Below are positions 60,613 through 64,000 of a DNA stretch of 64,000 nucleotides, one piece after another; within the stretch, counting starts at the first letter, position 1; each line of letters starts with the position of its first letter. A model generated the notes under the pieces. The model was not told where the DNA came from and did not search any database. It saw only the letters and a list, made by a program, of their open reading frames with translations. Where the stretch lies: contig CBDDCA010000006.1 in assembly GCA_965226055.1 (NCBI GenBank), positions 672,001 through 736,000 on the forward strand, given 5' to 3'. This DNA is from Spirochaetia bacterium (GTDB taxonomy: Bacteria > Spirochaetota > Spirochaetia > WTKD01 > G963693115). Made by a program: the position numbers and the translations under genes.

Positions 60613-62367
60613 CTAATATACTCGTGGTTTTGGTTCCCATTTACTTATATCGACAGGGTCGTAAGTAATAGTTACTTTTTTATCATGTGATAGAGTGGCC
60701 ATAGTGTGCTGTAAGTAATGCTCATCATCTCTTTCGGGAAAATCTTCTCTTGAATGTCCTCCGCGAGTTTCTTTTCTTTCATAGGCTCCTGCTACCACCA
60801 TACGTGAAAGATCTATCATTGATCCAAGTTCAAAAATACGTAAAATATCATAATTAAAGTCTATACTACTGTTTTCAACACCTACTTCTTTGTATTCTTG
60901 TTGAATATTGATAAGCTCTTCTGTAGCTTCTAAAAGTCCTTGTTCGGTTCTAAATACCCCCACTTTTTTTGACATAAGCAGTTGTAATTTTTTATGAACA
61001 TCTCCAAGTGATCGCTTACCTTTACGTTGAAAAAGTTGACTGTGTATTGCATGTGCTTGTTCAATTTGTTCTTTTGGTATTTCAGGAAGACTGACATTTG
61101 AGACATATGTTCCCATAGCTCTTCCTCCTCTTCTTCCAAACACCAGTAGCTCAAGAAGACTGTTTGAACCTAATCGGTTTGCTCCATGTACTGATACACA
61201 GGCACATTCTCCTGCTGCATAAAGGCCAGGGTATGTTTGTTTTGAATATACAACTTCTGCATTAACGTTGGTAGGGATGCCTCCCATAGTGTAATGAGCA
61301 GTAGGATGTACAGGAATAGGATGTTCAATTGGATTGATGCCAAGATATACTTCACAAAATTCGCGTACATCAGGGAGCTTTTGATTGATAACATCAGCTC
61401 CTAAATGGGTAGTATCAAGGTATACAAAATCATCAATGCTACAATTTCCTTTTACTCCTCGTCCAGCAAGAAGTTCTTGTGTAATATACTTTGCTACTAA
61501 GTCCCTTGGTGCAAGATCTTTTAAGGTAGGAGAATATGTTTCCATAAAAGGTTCGCCTTTTCCATTACGTAAAATGCCTCCTTCTCCACGTACTCCTTCT
61601 GTGATTAACACTCCAATATCTTTGATGCCAGTGGGATGAAACTGAAAGAACTCCATATCCTCTAAAGGAATACCTTCGCGTGCTACTAATGCAGCACCAT
61701 CGCCTGTATTTGCAAGGGCATTTGAAGTTATTTTGAACAATCTTCCGCATCCGCCTGTAGCAAACATAACTGCTTTCGCATTAAAAATATGTAATGATCC
61801 ATCAGAAATACGTATAGCTGCAATGCCACAAGCAGTGGTATCTTTCATAAGTAATTTTATAACATGATATTCATCATAAAAATTGACATTTTGTTTTATA
61901 CATTGTTGATATAATGTATGAAGAATATGATGTCCTACACGATCAGCTGCAAAACAGGTACGCATAAGAGGTCCTTCTCCAAAGTGATGAGTGTGTCCCC
62001 CAAATTTTCGCTGTGCTATTTTTCCTTCGGAGGTACGAGAAAAAGGAAGTCCTGAGTTTTCTAAATAATAGATAACTTCGGGAGCTTCTTGTGCAAGAAT
62101 AATGGCAGCTTGTTGATCAACAAGATAATCCCCTCCTTTTACAGTATCGTATGCGTGCCACTCAAAATGATCCTCTCCCATATTTCCTAATGAAGCGGCA
62201 ACGCCTCCCTGTGCTGCTCCTGTATGGCTTCGAAGAGGAAACAATTTACTCACTACCGCTACATCTTTTACATGAGAGCTGGCTTCAAGGGCAGCATAAA
62301 GACCAGAGCCCCCTCCTCCAACTATTATGACATCATGGCTGTGATATGTAATATTAGGACTACTCAT
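60613..62367 (-). CDS. sdhA: Succinate dehydrogenase/fumarate reductase flavoprotein subunit
   Basis: GGGGSG, RSHTGAAQGG (covalent FAD His), QFHPTG, TEGVRGEGG, HYTMGG, HGANRLGSNSL, RKETRGGH.REDFP. Confidence 0.95.
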   Translation of the reverse strand: MSSPNITYHSHDVIIVGGGGSGLYAALEASSHVKDVAVVSKLFPLRSHTGAAQGGVAASLGNMGEDHFEWHAYDTVKGGDYLVDQQAAIILAQEAPEVIYYLENSGLPFSRTSEGKIAQRKFGGHTHHFGEGPLMRTCFAADRVGHHILHTLYQQCIKQNVNFYDEYHVIKLLMKDTTACGIAAIRISDGSLHIFNAKAVMFATGGCGRLFKITSNALANTGDGAALVAREGIPLEDMEFFQFHPTGIKDIGVLITEGVRGEGGILRNGKGEPFMETYSPTLKDLAPRDLVAKYITQELLAGRGVKGNCSIDDFVYLDTTHLGADVINQKLPDVREFCEVYLGINPIEHPIPVHPTAHYTMGGIPTNVNAEVVYSKQTYPGLYAAGECACVSVHGANRLGSNSLLELLVFGRRGGRAMGTYVSNVSLPEIPKEQIEQAHAIHSQLFQRKGKRSLGDVHKKLQLLMSKKVGVFRTEQGLLEATEELINIQQEYKEVGVENSSIDFNYDILRIFELGSMIDLSRMVVAGAYERKETRGGHSREDFPERDDEHYLQHTMATLSHDKKVTITYDPVDISKWEPKPRVY

Positions 62368-62517
62368 ATGTTTAGTATATCACAGAGAGCAGGCTTTATG
62401 TTTCATGTATAGAAGTATATTGTCCTACTTTTAGATGCTATAGGAATGCTATATTAGGGAGTATGCCCCATTACAGCATATGCATAGCAATGGAGCATTA
62501 TAGAGTAAGAGTATGGT

Positions 62518-62772
62518 TTATTCGTTGGTAATCCATTTGTTAACAACTTTGCCATCAATATCGGTAAATCCACCAGCAATGATAAAAATGCCATCTACAA
62601 GATTCCAAATAAAAAGAGTTAAAAATCCGAACAATAATTGCATAATGCCAGATGTAATCTTTCCGACATACATTCTGTGTACTCCAAGTCCTCCAAAGAA
62701 AAACCACAATAATAAACAGACTAGTTTGCTCTTATTAGAAATAGTATCTGAAACAGTAACATCCATATCCAT
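62518..62772 (-). CDS. TM2-domain (NINE) small membrane protein
   Basis: KSK.V.LLL..F.GGLGVHR.YVGK...GI.QL....W..VD; GGAGG RBS. Confidence 0.85.
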   Translation of the reverse strand: MDMDVTVSDTISNKSKLVCLLLWFFFGGLGVHRMYVGKITSGIMQLLFGFLTLFIWNLVDGIFIIAGGFTDIDGKVVNKWITNE

Positions 62773-62936
62773 AACCTCCTAATAGTATATAAAGGGATAC
62801 ATCAGCAAGCAACATAGCATGAAGTTCCTTTTTTTATTAAGTATATACTATATTTTTTCTTTTGTGGTATTTCATTTTGTATTTGTAATGGTATATCTTA
62901 TGAGTGTATAATAGTGTTTTATGCTATGCTGAATGT

Positions 62937-64000
62937 ATGGGAAAGTTATGGGATAAGGGCTATACGTTAGACTCATCGGTAGAGTCATTTATTACAGGAA
63001 AAGATTATGTGTATGATACTTTGTTATTACCAGCAGATTGTGTAGCCAGTATTGCTCATGTATACACTTTGTTGCACGCAAGCGATACGCATGCTTGTAA
63101 TCTTTTAAGTAAGCACGAAGCTCATTTTTTAATAGATGGGCTAATTGAAGTATATAATCAGTCTCATGAAGGTGCTTTTTCTATTGCATCATCAATGGAA
63201 GATTGTCATACTGCCATTGAACAATATTTAGTTTCTCGAGAAACTGCAGCACCAATACACAAAGAGCAAACAAAAACAGATATGTCGGATATGCAGAAGT
63301 CTGATATGCAAAAGATGGCACAAAAATCATATGTCATAGCTGAAAAAATCCATACAGGAAGAAGTAGAAATGATCAAGTGCAGGCAGCATTGCGTTTATA
63401 TTATAAAGAATATATATTTATGCTCCAAGATGAAGTATCTCAACTTATTCGTATGATATATACACGGGCACTTGAGCATAAAATGGTAGCAATGCCAGGG
63501 AGAACCCATTTACAAAAAGCAATGCCTTCATCAGTGGGGATATGGTTTGCATCGTATGCTGAACAATTGCTGGATGATATGAAATTACTTGATACTGTTT
63601 TTGAACTTATTGATAGATCTCCACTTGGTTCTGCTGCAGGGTATGGTACTTCACTTCCTCTTGATCGTAGTTATACTGCAAAGCTACTAGGGTTTTCTCA
63701 GGCACAGAACAATGTTATTGCAGTACAAAATAGTCGAGGAAGATTAGAGCTTTCTCTGTTATTTGCATTACAACAAATTGCACTTACAATAAGTAGATTA
63801 GCAGAAGATGTTCTTTTGTTTTCTTTGCCTGAATTTGGATATTTTGCTTTGCCCGATTCACTGTGTAGTGGTTCTAGTATTATGCCTCAGAAAAAAAATC
63901 CTGATATTCTTGAGTTATTACGCTCAAAGGCAAGTTTCTTTACTGGAGCTGTGAGTAATATTTCATTGTTATTGAGTAGGCTTCCAAGTGGATATCAACG
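62937..64000 (+). CDS. argH: Argininosuccinate lyase (3'-truncated by window edge; absent from the ORF track)
   Basis: Own translation from ATG 62937: MGKLWDKG, EDCHTAIE, KIHTGRSRNDQV, MPGRTHLQ.A.P, SPLGSAAGYG, SGSSIMPQKKNPD.LEL.R. Confidence 0.92.
   Translation, partial: MGKLWDKGYTLDSSVESFITGKDYVYDTLLLPADCVASIAHVYTLLHASDTHACNLLSKHEAHFLIDGLIEVYNQSHEGAFSIASSMEDCHTAIEQYLVSRETAAPIHKEQTKTDMSDMQKSDMQKMAQKSYVIAEKIHTGRSRNDQVQAALRLYYKEYIFMLQDEVSQLIRMIYTRALEHKMVAMPGRTHLQKAMPSSVGIWFASYAEQLLDDMKLLDTVFELIDRSPLGSAAGYGTSLPLDRSYTAKLLGFSQAQNNVIAVQNSRGRLELSLLFALQQIALTISRLAEDVLLFSLPEFGYFALPDSLCSGSSIMPQKKNPDILELLRSKASFFTGAVSNISLLLSRLPSGYQ

Overview
AT-rich bacterial chromosome segment, most likely from a host-associated spirochaete. 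This is an inference from the spirochaete-type lipoboxes, the HrpA/TraB/SLT gene set and the GyrB PL(F/W)GK motif. The region is origin-proximal: it holds a three-site parS cluster, gyrB-gyrA and a divergent dnaA, but no dnaN. Most of the window is housekeeping: an amino-acid ABC transporter, add, gabD, hisS, hrpA, eno, a DinG helicase, mdh, pheA, leuB, rlmE, pdp-deoC-cdd, pepD, ackA, sdhAB and a partial argH. The accessory content is the most interesting part. (i) Two giant modular surface lipoproteins (FN3 plus DUF285, about 1550 aa; about 15 Ig-like repeats plus a Kelch propeller, about 2020 aa) are each linked to an identical AAAATT-G14-TA tract. One tract sits inside the signal-peptide coding region and currently frameshifts that gene OFF; the other lies just upstream of the promoter. 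(ii) A stand-alone GmrSD-type (DUF262/DUF1524) nuclease is frameshifted at an A8 run. (iii) A small low-GC islet carries an FN3 lipoprotein, a membrane protein plus an HTH-less ImmA/IrrE Zn-peptidase pair, and an IS30 remnant. Several apparent pseudo-enzymes (MDH-like, deacetylase-like), a probable AUU start for deoC and an unusual GyrA QRDR also stand out. No tRNA, rRNA or CRISPR array was recognised. All family calls are from motif recognition by eye, not database searches.
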